From IMG/VR virus record IMGVR_UViG_2690315994_000013: 7,292 bases of DNA, one strand, 5' to 3'. Under the pieces are notes generated by a model. The model was not told where the DNA came from. It ran no database searches and was given only the letters and a program-made list of their open reading frames with translations. How positions within the stretch are numbered: position 1 is the first letter of the stretch; every line of letters starts with the position of its first letter. A program made the position numbers and the translations under genes. This document shows positions 6,074 through 7,292 of this stretch, piece by piece. The DNA is from a virus. Taxonomy: Duplodnaviria; Heunggongvirae; Uroviricota; Caudoviricetes.

Positions 6074-6496
6074 TCACAGTACCGTCTCCTGAAAATTACC
6101 CTGATAGAAAGCCAGTACACGCTGCATAGCTTCACTCTTCCGGCACTCGCGACAGATTATGTTTAGGCGCCTGTCGTAGCGGCGTATTTCGCCGTCTGGT
6201 AATAGCCAGATAAGGTCCGGATCAACCACAGATGGTTTCTTCAGCTTTGCCCTTGAGAGTTTTTTGCGGGCGTTTTGCCAGTCCTTGCGCGCCTGCTCAG
6301 ACGGGAATACTCCGTAACCGGAATTGTAAACATCACCACTGGCGGCCAGCTCCATGCATAAACGACCGACAGACGCATGACTGACACCAATTTCATCCGA
6401 TAACTGCCGAATCGTGCCTCGTCCGTTAAGGCGTACGAATTCCACGATCAGCCCTTTAATTTTTTCCCGCTCTTCTTGTGTAAAAACTTTTGCCAC
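6074..6496 (-). CDS. Putative winged-helix/HTH DNA-binding protein, 140 aa
   Basis: GTG start 6496..6494 with AGGAGG 4 nt upstream. HTH-like segment GTIRQLSDEIGVSHASVGRLCMELAASGDV. Function unknown; it sits directly downstream of the replication initiator. Confidence 0.5.
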   Translation of the reverse strand: MAKVFTQEEREKIKGLIVEFVRLNGRGTIRQLSDEIGVSHASVGRLCMELAASGDVYNSGYGVFPSEQARKDWQNARKKLSRAKLKKPSVVDPDLIWLLPDGEIRRYDRRLNIICRECRKSEAMQRVLAFYQGNFQETVL

Positions 6497-6536
6497 AAGC
6501 CCTCCTGAAAATTACCTCATGACCAGAAATTAACAC

Positions 6537-7292
6537 TTACCCCCTGAAGCCCGGCGGAATTTCAGTGTCCGGTTCAGAAATGTGATTCACGCAACGCTGC
6601 GCAGGCGAACGCCCCAGGCGGATAACCAGTTCATCCCATTTTTCCCGGAGTTTTGCCGGACTCATGATGTTTTTTACCCAGAACGAATCCCGCTGGAGAC
6701 GCCCAAACATTTCACAAATTTGTCTGTGAGTTCTGCCATCCAGCATCCGCATTGTGCGAACGTCATTGGCCCATGCTGTCCAGTTGGGTTCTTTCGGTCT
6801 AGTGATCTCGCCATCATCGCTGGCCGCCTGCTCGTAAAGACTCACGATTCGTCCCCAGATCCACTGTGCGCACACCAAATCTTCCTGACTTCCCCACTGG
6901 CGTTTTTTCGCACTGAACACAACCGCGTCAGGGTGTCGGGTTAAAAAATTCTGTTCAGCCGTCTGCGGGTCCGGTTGCGAAGCGTCCGGACAAGAAGATC
7001 TTTTATCTGACGGATCAGGTTTTAATACTGACGGATCGGGGTCAATCATCGCCCCCCTAATCGGCAGTTTTTTATCAACGGTTGATCCATCAAAATTTGA
7101 CGGGTCAACCGTTGAGGGGTCAATATTTGACGGGTCAACTGTTAACGGGTCATTTTTTGCCGGGCTAATTTTTCTTTTCGGTTTATATGACTCACGCGCC
7201 GCCGCCGCAGCTGCTTCGAGTTTTTCCACATTAAGCCGATAGATATTGCTTACATTACGCCCACCGACCTTACGCTCTTCCTTCGTCAGCCA
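6537..7292 (-). CDS. Replication initiation protein, O-like with DnaT-like C-terminal domain (5' end lies beyond the window)
   Basis: The frame stays open to the window edge (the ORF-track M at 7229 is an internal GTG). The C-terminus (...VNHISEPDTEIPPGFRG) resembles the E. coli DnaT C-terminus as I recall it (...SEPDSQIPPGFRG). An iteron array lies inside the gene, encoding the TVDPS/NIDPS/TVDPS/NFDGS linker repeats. Confidence 0.7.
   Translation of the reverse strand, partial: WLTKEERKVGGRNVSNIYRLNVEKLEAAAAAARESYKPKRKISPAKNDPLTVDPSNIDPSTVDPSNFDGSTVDKKLPIRGAMIDPDPSVLKPDPSDKRSSCPDASQPDPQTAEQNFLTRHPDAVVFSAKKRQWGSQEDLVCAQWIWGRIVSLYEQAASDDGEITRPKEPNWTAWANDVRTMRMLDGRTHRQICEMFGRLQRDSFWVKNIMSPAKLREKWDELVIRLGRSPAQRCVNHISEPDTEIPPGFRG
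7082..7153. repeat. Iteron array (candidate phage replication origin inside the initiator gene)
   Basis: Five 12-bp palindromic boxes of form TTGAnnnnTCAA at exactly 15-bp spacing (7082, 7097, 7112, 7127, 7142): ttgatccatcaa, ttgacgggtcaa, ttgaggggtcaa, ttgacgggtcaa, ttaacgggtcat. Followed by an AT-rich stretch at 7154..7190. Confidence 0.65.

Larger units (their letters stand above)
1..7292 (-). mobile_element. Segment of a lambdoid prophage: replication module, nin-like accessory region, Q antiterminator, late promoter
   Basis: All credible ORFs lie on the minus strand, tightly packed, several with overlapping stop/start codons (ATGA, GTGA). Gene content (O-like initiator, RusA, DUF968, Q, pR'-like promoter, HokD) and order match lambdoid and E. 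coli K-12 Qin/DLP12 prophages as I recall them. Confidence 0.8.

Noticed and set aside
483-6944. Plus-strand ORFs from the track (483..818, 998..1297, 1149..1343, 1595..1909, 1795..2055, 2373..2645, 2769..2999, 3066..3329, 5099..5377, 5450..5743, 6582..6944)
   Set aside because: Each lies antisense to a minus-strand gene with recognisable motifs or coupling signals. They lack convincing RBS/start context, and their translations are low-complexity and Arg/Cys/Pro-rich, typical of shadow ORFs.
7082-7153. Reading the TVDPS/NIDPS repeats purely as a protein-level repeat
   Set aside because: The periodicity is exact at the DNA level (15 bp), each unit is a palindrome, and an AT-rich tract follows. 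This pattern is better explained as origin iterons embedded in a linker-coding region.
1-7292. CRISPR arrays, tRNA/rRNA genes, IS elements or integrase/att sites
   Set aside because: No regularly spaced repeat-spacer array, no cloverleaf-like tRNA sequence, no terminal inverted repeats with a transposase, and no integrase were seen. The only repeats are the terminator duplicate, the 31-bp and 15-bp direct repeats, and the origin iterons.

Overview
The window reads as one continuous minus-strand segment of a lambdoid (lambda/Qin-like) prophage in an enterobacterial host, probably E. coli. All identifications are by eye from the translations and from remembered family motifs; no search was run. 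In transcription order (high to low coordinates): the 3' part of a replication-initiator gene with a DnaT-like C-terminus and an embedded iteron array (ori-like); a 140-aa winged-helix protein; a 165-aa gene bracketed by 31-bp direct repeats; three small nin-region-type genes (87, 55 and 114 aa); a HokD/RelF-type toxin gene without relBE; a low-GC two-gene operon encoding an XRE-type HTH protein and an ImmA/IrrE-type HExxH metallopeptidase, followed by a tiny Cys-rich ORF; a 92-aa ORF; a DUF968/Ref-like HNH protein; RusA; a lambda-Q-family antiterminator; and a lambda-like late promoter (pR') with a short leader terminator. The most interesting candidate is the HTH-metallopeptidase(-Cys-rich ORF) cassette, which looks like a moron inserted at a duplicated copy of the hokD terminator. 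It resembles ImmR/ImmA and CapH/CapP damage-sensing switches and HTH/peptidase toxin-antitoxin or defence modules, but its function cannot be assigned from sequence. A second mosaic joint (31-bp direct repeats around the 165-aa gene) and an in-gene origin are also notable. No rRNA, tRNA, CRISPR array or IS element was seen.
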